64,000 nucleotides of DNA. Origin: the human T2T-CHM13v2.0 reference genome, Homo sapiens. A program made the position numbers and the translations under genes. Positions 1 through 11,759 of the stretch are shown one piece after another. The stretch is from NCBI RefSeq assembly GCF_009914755.1, contig NC_060927.1; one strand, given 5' to 3'. The notes beneath the pieces were generated by a model. The model made no database searches. It was given only the letters and a program-made list of their open reading frames with translations, and was not told the origin of the DNA. Numbering within the stretch: the stretch's first letter is position 1; each line of letters opens with the position of its first letter.

Positions 1-284
1 AAGATATCTTAGGCCCCTTCTAGGCATAAAATACTATGATTCCTTGAGTATATGTTTCTCCTGGAAGGTTTCTTATATTTTCATCAATTCTAAGTTATAA
101 AAACCCCATGTCCTCTTTTCTGCCCTGGTGACGAAAAACAAAAACATAAAAGCAACAAATAACCCCAAACCCATGAACTAAGAAAATTCCACTAGAGTGG
201 AATTATTAATAATTTACTTTGCGTAACAGCTAATAAATCACCTTACTTACAGATACATATTTGACCTTGCCAGTCAGTAGAGCA

Positions 285-375
285 CAGGTATTTCTGCCCT
301 TTATGGATGAGGGAACTGAGGCTCAGGGAGGTCAATTTAGCTTTTTAGGCCTTGTAGTTAATAAGAAGGAGAGAT
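285..375 (-). mobile_element. MIR fragment
   Basis: ttttatggatgagggaactgaggctcagggagg matches the reverse MIR core. Confidence 0.65.
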
Positions 376-799
376 AGAAAGTTGTGTATGAATTTTTTTT
401 CCCCTAAGACAGCTGCATACAGGTCTTAAAAATAATTCGACATAAAGATTAGTCTTTTGAGAGGACTGGATTCTTTTCTAAACATTTTGAAGTTTTTATT
501 CCCTGTCATCAGGTCATTCCAAAACGATAAAGCACTAACTTAAGCTAGCTGGAATTAGAGATTAGGGGGAACAGTACACAAAAGAGGGCAAGAAACCTTC
601 CAGACAGGTGGTTGGGAAATCACTTTTCCTTATAGGAGGAGCTGTTAGATTTCATGATTTCTTTCACAAGGAATCAGTCCAACCCAAGCATCAGTAACAC
701 AACACAAAATATCATGTTCTGTTACAAAAGAATTCTTATTATAGCTGGTAGGCAATTTATGCAAACCAATATTAAAGAAAAAATTCACCTACTGTCCTG

Positions 800-3700
800 A
801 TCACTTCAGCAAATCAAACCTTTTATTTTCCTGTGATCTCTGCTAGTTCTTGTCTTTATAACACATGATTTTTTTACTGGTTGTATTCATAATGTAGACA
901 TATATTTTTAAGTATCAGAAATCCAAATTTTCATAGGAGGAAATTTCAATTTTAATAACTATTTTTAGATTATTTTCCTCATCCTGAGTTTATTTCATCT
1001 TCTTATTGTTTTCTTCTGAATTTACATCTTTTCATCAGAACAAAAAGAATACAATCAGTTTTTCAGAAGTTTAAAAAATTTTTTCAAATATATAGCAAAG
1101 AATGTCATCATTTTTATATACTCTACCAGGACTCCTGAAACCAAACACTTAAGAAAGGTTATGTCTGGAAATTTTTTCAAAATCTATATGCATTTCAGTG
1201 GTGGAGAAATAGTTCTGTCTGGAAGCAGGAGGCTGAAATTATGACCCTGAAGATTTCTTCCAGCTTTTGAACTTCTTATTCTATGACAACTCCTGGTAGA
1301 TACAGGTTTCCTGGTAGGGATTGAGCAAGAAGCATGCACAATTACTTTATGAGTCTTGATAAAGCTGGAATTTCAGGTTGATGGTTAGAAGGAGTTCGGC
1401 TGGGTCGTGAGAATGCTTGTTTTCCTGGTTACTGGATATGCCATGGGCTGTATATCTTGTGTTGTCCTGTGGTAACTGAAGCCACTGTTGCTGTGGAAAA
1501 TGATGGCAGTTTGAATGAGATAATTTAGAGTGACCTATGGAAATCTGAGGCTGTCTCCTTAATGTACAAGACCTTGTATGTGTGGCACTGTTGTATTTGA
1601 ATGGCACACATCTCTTTAGTTCCCTTCAACTGAAATGACAAAAGGTGAGAAACTGAATCGTAATTTGATGGCTTAATATTAAAAAAAAATTGGCAAAAAT
1701 GCTAAATAAGGAACAATTCAGAAGAATTGCTGATCATTTCAAAAATATTATTTGCATAGCATTTATAGGTAGCTAAAGAAAGAGAAAAATGGCTTAATAT
1801 TTTAAAAATAATTTGGTCAATTTAGCGATCTGGGGATTCTGCGATCCCCAGAACTTTGCATCCAATTTCCAAAAACCAAACCTTACATCTAATGTAAAAT
1901 GACACAAAAAATTCTAAATCCAGTCTAATTCAGTAGTATATAGCTTATTCCCAGTGATGTCTCACATTCGCAAGCCCGTTACACGTTGGTTTTACCTGTC
2001 ACCAAAACCTTTGTATCACTCTTATAAAAAACCACATCACTTTCTATAAAAAGTGAGTGGAAGAATCTAATATTGTAAAACTGCACGTGCCTCGCGTGAC
2101 CTGAGCAGAAAATTCCTAGTTTGGGATTTTCTCACAGGCATACCTAAACTGACCTCTGCTCCTAGCAGGTAAATTGCTAGAAGGAGAAGCAAGTGTCAGT
2201 CCAAAGAAAACCCTTGTTGTGTGATTTTTTTTTTCTCTTTAATCGCTTTTTAGGTGGAGTACCCGCTGCATTCTCTAAAGTCTTTGCCACCACCAGATTA
2301 CCAACGTTTTCACCAATTTGCCACCTCCCTACTCCTCTCCTTTCCAAAAGCCCTCATTGGAAAGAACTTTCTCTCGTGACCCCCCTATTCCATCTAGTTC
2401 CAATCACTCCCAGCGCCCCCCATCTCCATCGGCTTCCCCTCTCCCGCCCAGAATCCAGGTTCCCAAACCACTTAAGAGAAAATTCACAACCCTCGCCCCC
2501 TTCCCGGGCGTCCGGAGGAGGCGCTGGGGTGGGGGTGTCTGTGGGGGACAGGGTTTCCTGGGGTCTCCTGGGTCTTCCTCGCGCACCCCCAGGAGGTGTT
2601 GCAGGGGGAGGGGAGCGCGGGTGGGTGGGACCGGGCCGGGTGGGGGAGGGGTGAGGGCGAGGAGGAGGAGGAGGAGGAGGCGGCGGCGGAGGAGTGGTGT
2701 GTGTGCGAGCGTGTGTGGCTGGGGGAAGCCATTGCCTGTTTAATAGTTGCTGTTGCTGCACTTCCGCTTCTCTCCCAGCGAGAGAGAGACACGAGTGGCC
2801 AGGCCCAGCCGCAGCCGCAGCAGCAGCCGCCGCGGCGGCACGGAGGAGCCAGACACAAAGAGAGGTACGGGGATCCCCCCAGCGGCCCGCCGCCCCCCGG
2901 CCGCGCCGCCGGGCCTCGGGGACACCCCTCGCCGCCTCCCCCGACTCGCGCCGCCGGGGCCGCCGGGCCGCAGGGCACGGGGCCGGCGCGGGGGGGGAGC
3001 GGAGAGGGGCTGGGGAGCCCCAGGGGTCCGGGGCCCGCCCGCGGGGGATGGGCAGGGACCCCGGGCCGCGTGGGGTGCGGGGGCCGCCCGCATTGAGGAC
3101 GGGGGTCATTGTGGCTCGAACTGTCAGCGCTGCCCCAAGAGCCCCCCACTGGCCACCGAGGGGCCCGGGAGCGGGGGTGGGAGGGAGTTGGGGGAGCCCC
3201 GTTTTCCCCAGGGGCGGGGGTTCGCGGGGATTAACCCCTCCGGGGCGGAAGGGCTCATTGTTATGTCTTCGCTGCGGAGGCCGACCCCCCCATTCCCCGC
3301 CGCAGCCCCTATCCCCCTACAGGAGTGGCGATCGGGCGTGTGCTCCGGACCCCCGCCCGGCCGCATAGCTGTGAGCAGGGCGGCCAGAGGCAGGCAGGCC
3401 GGGAGGGGCGTCGGGGCGCGGCGCGGGGGGGCCTCGGGCCTCGTCGCCCCTGCCCCCCGCCGGCCTCTCCCTTCCCCCACCCGGGCACCCGCTCCCCGCC
3501 TCCGTCCCCCTGTTTCGGCTTCCTCTCTTACTCCTTCCCGCCCCTCCTCTCTTCCCGACCTCGCCAAACTCCGCTCGTGGCCCCACAGTCTCACCCGGGC
3601 CACCGGCCCCTCACGACCCCCGGAAAGCGGACAAAAACAGCCCCGAGGCCGGCCGGCCGCCGGGACCTTCCCTCCCTGCCCCGCCGTGGCGCCCCGCGCC
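800..3700 (-). ncRNA. UBE2E1-AS1: Probable antisense lncRNA from the bidirectional CpG island (UBE2E1-AS1-like); boundaries uncertain
   Basis: Mostly recalled annotation. Sequence support is limited to the CpG island and a minus-strand AATAAA at 827-822. Confidence 0.35.
2731..2864 (+). other. UBE2E1: UBE2E1 non-coding exon 1 (5' UTR); start approximate
   Basis: Lies within the CpG island and contains no ATG. Ends at donor GAG|GTACGG (2865). The start is inferred, not directly visible. Confidence 0.75.
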
Positions 3701-4012
3701 CCCCGCCCTGCCCTCCTTCGCCTCCCGGGCTACTCCCTCCCTGCCCAGCGGAGAGCCCCGGGGGGCGAGGGAGGGGCCTCTCTCCTAGCTCCAGACCGTT
3801 TTCCCACAGCGTTCCCCACTTGGGGCCAAAAATAAACAAGCCGCGTCCGATTTGCAAAAGCCTTAATGGGCCTGCAGACTTTGAAAAGCGAGTGGAGGGC
3901 GGTGGGCGGCCGCGTGCGCCCCTGGTCAATGCCCTCCTGACAGCACCCGAGTTCCTTATTTACACTGGCTGCATGGTTTGTGTGTTTCTGTTTTGTTTCT
4001 CTCCCCCTGCAG

Positions 4013-4045
4013 GGGCTGTTTGCGGGGTGGGGTGGGGGGTTCGCT
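4013..4045 (+). other. UBE2E1: UBE2E1 exon 2 5' UTR part
   Basis: Between the acceptor AG (4011-4012) and the ATG at 4046; G-rich. Confidence 0.85.
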
Positions 4046-4197
4046 ATGTCGGATGACGATTCGAGGGCCAGCACCAGCTCCTCCTCATCTTCGTCTTCCA
4101 ACCAGCAAACCGAGAAAGAAACAAACACCCCCAAGAAGAAGGAGAGTAAAGTCAGCATGAGCAAAAACTCCAAACTCCTCTCCACCAGCGCCAAGAG
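4046..4197 (+). CDS. UBE2E1: UBE2E1 exon 2 coding part (codons 1-50 plus 2 nt; Ser-rich N-terminal extension of a class III E2)
   Basis: Translates MSDDDSRASTSSSSSSSSNQQTEKETNTPKKKESKVSMSKNSKLLSTSAK(R), the recognisable UBE2E1 N-terminus. Acceptor is a polypyrimidine tract + CAG ending at 4012. Donor AG|GTACTG at 4198, phase 2. Confidence 0.97.
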
Positions 4198-4915
4198 GTA
4201 CTGTGCTCTTTTTTTTTTCCACAGGCTTCCTATTTCCGAACTGCCTCTTGCTGCATTTGGTCTGCCTCCCAATGAGGATAGCTTAAACGCTCCTCATGGT
4301 TTATGTGTTCTTAAAAATGAAAGAAGGGCCTTGGAAGCCCTAATTATTTTCTCTATTGCTGCTTCTGTTTTTAAATCATTGCTCACATGCAGCTGTTGCG
4401 GCTTGCCTCTCGCATTTCTTGCTGAAGTTTGTAAGATTCCTCGTTACTTTTATTAGTGACCCCCAAATCTGATTTCAGATTTCTTGTCCTACTAATGGTT
4501 AATCTGTGACCTTCCCCAAGGCCATGATCCCATTTCTTAATTACTAATACCAGCCCAGAGAACTGCATCAAAATGAATTCTGTGACCATTTTACCTTCTC
4601 CTCACCTGTTGCATGGATGATCTTTTCTAAATAGAGCTTTCTTCACAAATTGCATAAGGAATAAGAAACTCATATTAGCAGGTACAAAATTTAGTAGGTG
4701 AAGACAGATGTTTTCTGGTGGAATTTAAAGAGATTTTTCTGAGAGTTGAGGCAAATGAATGAATCAGTAAGTGACTATAAAATGGTTATTCTAGGTTATT
4801 TTTGTGGTTCTCTTTAAAAACTTCAGTTTACCAATTTCAGGGAGACTTGTCTTTTTTTCATGCTATTTGCTGTCCTCATGCTGTGAAAATGTTACTTTGC
4901 CTTATTTTTTCAATT

Positions 4916-5063
4916 TAAGTGGTCTCCCTTTTACTTTATTCTTTTCCTCTTAAGGCCCTGAAGGTAGCTACTTTTTATCCCTGCCATCCTAAGCGGTCAC
5001 CCTTTTTCTTTATTCTTTTCCTCTTAAGCCTCTGGAGGTAGCTACTTTTTACCCCTGCCATCC
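4916..5063. repeat. 74-bp tandem duplication (2 copies, 7 mismatches)
   Basis: 4916-4989 and 4990-5063 align without gaps. Confidence 0.9.
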
Positions 5064-7139
5064 TTCAGTAATATCCTCTGATCGCCATGACCCTCAAAAT
5101 CATCTTTAGTGGATTCCTAGGAGCTCTGAGACACCCTTTCATAAATCCTTCTGCTCTCAGAGTTAGGCAGTTGTTAAAAAGGTGGCAAACCAGGAAGATA
5201 GTAAGAACTCCAAATGATGGGATAGGGATACCCTTCTTAAAAATTTTTAAAATAAAGTAGAACATGAGACTTTAGATCTCTCCACTGAGTAGTGAGCCTG
5301 GAAGTCAGGGTTTGAGAGTTTGTTCTGTCATTCTCCCTGACTTGTAATTTGAAAACTTGGCAGTGTTTTGGTGACCTAACCATGGGCTGATGAAGGAGTG
5401 ACTTTTAAAAAATAGTGTGGAGGTCTTAAGTGGCAAGGTGCCTCTGCAAGATTGTTCTCATTTTTATAGGTTTGGTTTGATTGTACAGCTTCTCAGGAGG
5501 CCTGACTGACCCTCACTGATTAGCCCTGTGCGGTTTTCCTGGAACCTGACATCTACTCTGCCCACTTGGGACGGGCCCTTCCTTAATACTGCGCCCCACC
5601 TCAATCCTCTAGGCTCTCTGATCCTCATTCACGTTTTGGCCTCACGTGCTCAAGCCAGGATACTTGCTTTTGGTAATTTGCATTTTTATATTTTGCTAGA
5701 TATCCCTGGTGTACATGAATATATTTGGGGGTAAAGACACAGGTATCAAATAGAAAATACTCTGCTTTTGTTGTGAGTGAATTACAGAGAGGGGGATTTT
5801 TTTCACTAGACATACTTTGTTTATTTTAAACAAGTTAAGAATTTATTTGGAAGTTCTGGAAAAGAGATGATAGGTGTAGAAAAATGAAAGGTGGGAAGCT
5901 ACAAATAGTAATTTTACCTATAAATTAACATCAGGGCTTTTGTTTTGTTTTTGCAATGAATTTAGCTCCTTGATAATCTTGCTGAAAGAGTAGCTATTAG
6001 TGTTAAAGCAGACCTAAAGTTAATAGAAAAAGGTAAAAAAATGGAGAGGGACAGTGTATCCAGGAAAGAGAATGGGGAAAATTGATGTTAGTGGGACCCT
6101 ATAGAGGCTGTTCTGTGAAGTATATTGATTTGGAAGGTAGGTGTTGCCCATAGAATTGGAAGGGGCACATTCACCAGGAGTAGGAGTGAAAAAGAAGCCT
6201 GAATTGGCAGACTAACAGGCTGCTAACTGCATGTTGGAAAGTGGTTTCTAAACCGTGGGTAGAGGAAAGCCCCCATTGCAAGTGGTCTGAACAAGAATGA
6301 CTCTCTGGAAATAGGTATGAGTTACTCCTGCAAATCTCTTGCCAGTTTTTTGGAAATGCAAATGCTGTCTGTCAAGATGAAGTTGATAAAGCTTTTTGGT
6401 ATTAACGCTTCTTAGGTATTAAAGAAACAACTACCTTTTTTTGTGACTATTTTATAGTGGGAGTTGGGTTGGCAAGGAGGACTGAAGTCAATATGTATTT
6501 TTATATGCGTTGTGCTCCGGGGAGGAAATTTTTGCCTACGTGTGTAGGTCTTAAAATACAGTTATTTGAAAAGATTCAGGTAAAGAATCAGGAAACCAAT
6601 TTTCCAAACTTTGAGTCTAATGTACAGTCATGAGTCAAACAGCGGGAGTATGAATGTCTCAGAAATGAAACGCTTTTTGATAGTAGAATTTAGCAGGACA
6701 CAAATACGTGTCAATTGAGATTGTGAACAAACCCCTTTCTAAAGTTGACAGATACGTAGGGACAGGAAATGTCCTCCAGTAGGAAGGTTTATAGAACCTC
6801 CCCCAGTCGTCGTCCTTAAAACCTGTTCCTCATTACATATAGCTCGTCCGTCCTCCTACCCGCAGAAAACCTTTGGAAAGGAAAACGTATCCTTTGTGAA
6901 TTAGATTGCTCTGTGTGTGTGTTTAAAATTTTTTTAACTACAGTGCTGCCTCGGTGAGATTTTTAAGTTGTAACATAGCCCCATTGGGCTTTATATGATA
7001 GGAGGAGGAAAGGTTATAAAATTAGGCACCGTTTAGAAGGTGGAAGAAGCTTAGAGGCCCTAAACTGTCGTATTAATTGATGCTCTAAGTGCCTAGGTAA
7101 GCAAAAGACAAAGGCCAGGGCTTGGTGTGAACTGCCTGG

Positions 7140-7930
7140 TGGCTTCGGCCTATGAGTGGGGGATGGGGCCCTTTGTGAAGTCGAGGGTTGGTGCGGAGGG
7201 AGAAAACTGCAGGTCTCCAGTCTATCCCCAGTGTGAGCTAGAGAGCGGACCATGAAGGAAGTGGGCAGACCCCGGGAAGTTAGAGGACGCCCGGGGAAAA
7301 GCAGGTCCGGGGAGGTGGGCCGAGAGTCCCGGCCAGCGTGCGGGGCGGAGGCAGGGTCCGGTGCACCTGTGCGGCCGCGGGCCGGCCACTTGGGGTCTGT
7401 GGTGCCCGAGTGGCGGGCGGGGGTGTTCGCGCCCTGCTTTCGCGCGCGGTCTCGGGCCAAGGTTCTGGGCGCCGGGAGAGGAGAGCTGGGGCGGCGCGGA
7501 GCAGCCCCCGTGCGGGCACCCTGTTCCCCTCCCCCGCCCGCAACTTCACCGGCGCGGCGCGAGCCGTCGGGGGCGCGCGCGGGGTGGGGGCGGCGTGGCC
7601 GGGCGGTGGCAGCCCACCGCTGGGGAGCGACCTGCGGTCTGGGCCTCCCGGGCACCCCGCCACGGCTGGCAGGTCACTCGGGCCCGAGGGGCCTCGTGGG
7701 GAGCGGCCATGTTGGCTTCGTCACTGAGGACTCCGGGCGGGTCGGGTGTTGAGCGAGGCCTCGGACCTTCGGCCTGTCGGGGGCGCCCTGCCGGGGTGGG
7801 CATGGGGGCATCTGAGGGGTGAAAGGGGCAAGGGAGGCTGGAGGCTGGCGTCCTTCCCACGCACCGATGGCTGTGATCTCTCCGTGCTGGGGAGAGGTGC
7901 AGGGGAGGGACTGAGGAAACCGGTCGGCAA
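7140..7930. promoter_or_regulatory. Second, intragenic CpG island / alternative promoter
   Basis: CpG-dense block with GGGGCGG boxes around the alternative ATG exon, in otherwise AT-rich intron 2. Confidence 0.8.
7252..7304 (+). CDS. UBE2E1: UBE2E1 alternative first coding exon (MKEVGRPREVRGRPGKS-R), spliced to exon 3
   Basis: ATG in accATGa context inside the second CpG island. 17 codons + AG, then GT (CAG|GTCCGG) at 7305: phase 2, matching exon 3. Agrees with my recollection of an annotated shorter UBE2E1 isoform (not verified here). Confidence 0.75.
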
Positions 7931-8235
7931 GTGAGAAACTTTAAAATTAGGTCCTACATGGAAAACACCGAGGAATAGAACTGCCCTGGTGTGCGAGGCA
8001 AGGTTGGAAGCCAAACTTTGCAGATGAGAACAGGAGATTCCAGGCTGCCTCACTTCCTCCGTGAAAAGTTTTTTTCCTAAACTAGGGACCTGAAGTTCTT
8101 GATGTGTAGTTCCTCTTTGCCCAGTAGAATCCAGTGATCGCGCTTAGGTTTATCTGCAGACCTGCACGCTACAGGTGGGAGGCTTCCGCGCCTTAATGCT
8201 TCTTGTGTTTGTCTTTCCCATTTCTCCCACTCCAG

Positions 8236-8286
8236 AATTCAGAAGGAGCTGGCGGACATCACTTTAGACCCTCCACCTAATTGCAG
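8236..8286 (+). CDS. UBE2E1: UBE2E1 exon 3 (51 nt, (R)IQKELADITLDPPPNC(S); helix 1 of the UBC fold)
   Basis: Acceptor ttttctcccactccAG at 8234-8235 and strong donor CAG|GTGAGT at 8287. Phase 2/2 and in frame with exon 2, giving the typical E2 'KRIQKEL...DPPPNCS' segment. Confidence 0.97.
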
Positions 8287-10261
8287 GTGAGTTGCTTTTC
8301 GGATTTTTTCCATTTTTAAAATTCTTCTAACCTTTGTCTTGGGTTTTTCTTTTTATTATATACTTTTTCTTTGATTCTTTGGCTAATGCTTGTTATGGCA
8401 CTAACATCACGTAACAGCTGAAATTTATTAACCTGAGTATAATGTTTTGATGAGCCTCTGACAAGCTCAGTACTGTTGAGAAGAAGTAATGGATTTATTT
8501 GGAGTGGATTTTTACATATATGAAACAAAACTAAAGTAAATTTAAAGGTGTCTCCTTGCCTAATCATGGGTCTTTGATATGCCATTAAAGATGATGTAAA
8601 ACCTTTCAGATGCGAAGGACATTTTGGTTTGGAAAACTGCTTTGCTACAGTAATCTCTTATTCAATCTCTGCTAAGCTAAGAGAACATTAGAGTTAAACA
8701 CTGGATCTTCAAACTTACTCCATAGCATATAGATTTTTTATTAGACTTTTGGCAGAGCAATTCAGGAAACAATTTCTGGCTTTGATAAAGGTTTTCTTTT
8801 AAATTGTAGAGTTAAACTTTCATGGGGTGTTTTTTTCACTTGCTTTATTCAGACTGTATACATATGTGTGTTTCAGTTTCAAAACAAATTGAAACCAGCT
8901 TTCTAAGGGTTTGTTGATCACAGCTTTATTTAGAGAAGCCATTTTGCTACTGTTGAGTCAAGGTGGAAGACTTGATGACTTTACTAGATCAACAATGAAG
9001 TGAGGGTAACTTACAACTATGTATTAGAATAGAACCATTTATTTAAGGGAGGTCCTGTAACTCCCATACTTTAAAAATTAAGTATAACATTTAACCTAGT
9101 TCTCAAGATCGGCGTTGGAAAGGGATGTGAGATTTCAGAAATACTCTAAACTTATTGGTAGGAGTAGAAGTTACTGACAAAGTATTCAGCGGCTATACAC
9201 AATTTTTAAGATGAGTGTGTGGGAATAGGTTGAAAAGCTAAATGAAGTATTTTGTTTAGTAACAGTGAACTTTGGAAACTAATTAGTGGATTAAATACAA
9301 AACTATTGCCGTTTTGGTTACATTCATTCTTAATGTTGATTAGGTGTGGGATGCTCTTCCGTGAAACTTTGTCCTGTTTTGTAAGGAAAGTCATTTTGAG
9401 TTTGAAATGCTCTTAAACTATAGTTTATAATTGGAACACTTAATCATTCTGGGGAATTCTTTCCTGGCTAATAATCTCTCAAGATGGTTGAGAAGTGGAA
9501 AAACCATAAGACTTAGGCCTAACTCATTATTTTGATGGTGGTGGTTCACGTGGAAGCCTGTAGCTTCCCTTGGTTGTTTGTGTGGAATCCATGTACATTC
9601 CCCAAGGTGGTTCTGTGCTGTCTAGTTATTGCTCCTGCTTGGTATTGTGTGTCTCCTATGTGTGTGTTATTAATAACATTGATTAAAACATATAATGGCT
9701 TTCTTGTGAATAAGCACAGTCAAATCTAAAATTGTAAACCATTTGAAGATTTTCATGGGATTAAGCATTTAAAAAAAAAAAACAGTGTAAGTACACTTCA
9801 GTTTCACATCGTTTTAACTGAGTTTATGTGTGAAAGATTTATGCTCCTGAGGCATGTGGAACTTTTTTATCTTTGGGAAACCCTCCCAATTACCCCTTCA
9901 AGGTGAAACGTTTGGGAATTACCTGTGGTCAGGGGATGCACCAAACTGGGTGGCTGTTGGGTGATTGGTGTTACGGAGTCAAAGCTCAAAATACTAAATT
10001 TTAAGAAAAATCTCTGATTTGAGAGAAAATACGAGGCATCTTCATTTTGCAAGAGAATGTATATTACATTGTCTTTTAACAATAAAGATGACTTTATTTT
10101 CTGAAGATATTTTCCAGTGGGGCCGTTTGAGTAATGTGAATTAAAATTTTTACTTTTGGTTGGCTAATGGTGCTGTCTTAATGTTATATAGTAGTCCCAA
10201 TATTCAGCTCTCTTAAAAGAGTTCGGTTTTACGTTTTGTGCTGTTACCTTTTGGAATTTAA

Positions 10262-10616
<355 letters not shown>

Positions 10617-10864
10617 TTGGGGATACTTTTTGAAGTCAGCGTCCAATGAAAATCTATGAATTAAGTGATATATTAAGTGCGTACATGTTTAAAATTACCC
10701 TCAGCATGAAAGCATGAGATTTGAATGAGTTAAATAATTGGTTTTCAATTAGTCTGTCTTATATTTTTACCCTTTGCCATACTTCCTTTCTTCAGTCAGC
10801 ATTCAGTGTGTAGTTTTAAACACGTTATTAAAATATGGCACTTGGCACATAGTAACTTCTCAGT

Positions 10865-10940
10865 AAATACAAAAATTAGCCGGGCATGGTGATGCACTCC
10901 AGCCTGGGCGACAGAGTGAGACCCTGTCTCAAAAAAAAAA
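10865..10940 (+). mobile_element. Truncated, internally deleted Alu fragment inside a MIR 3' end
   Basis: aaatacaaaaattagccgggcatggtga|tgcactccagcctgggcgacagagtgagaccctgtctc(A)10. Confidence 0.85.
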
Positions 10941-11256
10941 GTTGATTATTGCAAATCAGTAGAATTGCTCCTCTTGAAGGAAGGTGCACTGTTTGTGTTC
11001 ACTAATTTTGGCACTTGGCAAAAATATTTGAAGTTACTGAGCATCAAAACTTATGTGAAATGCAATTGCTCAATATGTTATAATGTATGAAAACATAAAA
11101 TTAAATTCTTAATGTTGTATATTATGTTGGGTGGATATTTTTTAGAACACAGTACAGATTGTGTTCAATGACCTGGTCCAAAGTCATTTTAAGTAAGTAT
11201 TTTCAAACTGCTTTATGTTGCCATAGAAATCAAATTCTTAATTTTAGTATCTGTGA

Positions 11257-11298
11257 TTTGTGTGTGTGTGTATATATATGCATACACACACACACAAA
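11257..11298. repeat. Palindromic (TG)6-(TA)n-(CA)6 microsatellite
   Basis: Read directly from the sequence. Confidence 0.85.
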
Positions 11299-11759
11299 AT
11301 AGTTTCCCAACTCACTCTTCATTTTGGTTAGGCTTTTATTCCCATATCATTTAGCTCTATTCTTTTAGGGAAAAAAATATGTTAACTTTGTAATGATTCC
11401 CTAAAGCGTGCCAGATCTTAGATTGTAAAATTATGCCTTTTAGATAGCTGATGAACTCTGGGCCACCAGAGTCAGTTTTGCAGCTGTTATTTATAGCCCA
11501 GGGCTCAAACTTTGCTAAATTGACTAGTTATAACTAGCCTGTAGACACGAATATCTGTAGACAGTATGTCTATACAGACTAAATGGCATATTTTGCCTAA
11601 GTCCTTTAAACTTCAGATTTTATTTAATGGATATATTTGTTTCATGAGTAAATGTCTCAGTGACTTAACCTAGAAATTCAGATGGGGTGCTATTTTAGGA
11701 TAAAATGTCTGAAAAGTCATTAAACACTTCAAGCATGGGTGAGAATAATAAAAATACAT

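Larger units (their letters stand above)
2480..4100. promoter_or_regulatory. CpG island / main UBE2E1 promoter
   Basis: Very high GC and CpG density, GC boxes, ETS-type CACTTCCG at 2759-2766, (GAG)7(GCG)3 at 2659-2688, many G-runs. Confidence 0.9.

Noticed and set aside
1829-1852. 9-bp inverted repeat tctggggat/atccccaga
   Set aside because: Short enough to occur by chance in 64 kb; no RNA-gene features.
3831-3836. AATAAA in intron 1
   Set aside because: No convincing downstream GU/U-rich element at the right distance; equally explained as part of a forkhead-like TAAACAA motif.
2193-4272. Many long overlapping ORFs (up to 362 aa) on both strands
   Set aside because: Pro/Gly/Arg/Ala-rich products expected from stop-codon scarcity in a CpG island; several lack a true ATG and none resembles a known family.
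3980-4456. 158-aa ORF containing the UBE2E1 N-terminus
   Set aside because: Only 4046-4197 is exonic; the rest is read-through across the acceptor and donor into introns.
7014-8053. ORF cluster in the second CpG island, including the full 166-aa ORF from 7252
   Set aside because: GC-rich artefacts; only 7252-7304 is supported, by a phase-compatible donor.
8160-8174. Apparent 15-nt micro-exon (ctgcAG|...CAG|GTggga)
   Set aside because: It would leave a 61-nt intron before exon 3, below the usual human minimum, and has a poor polypyrimidine tract.
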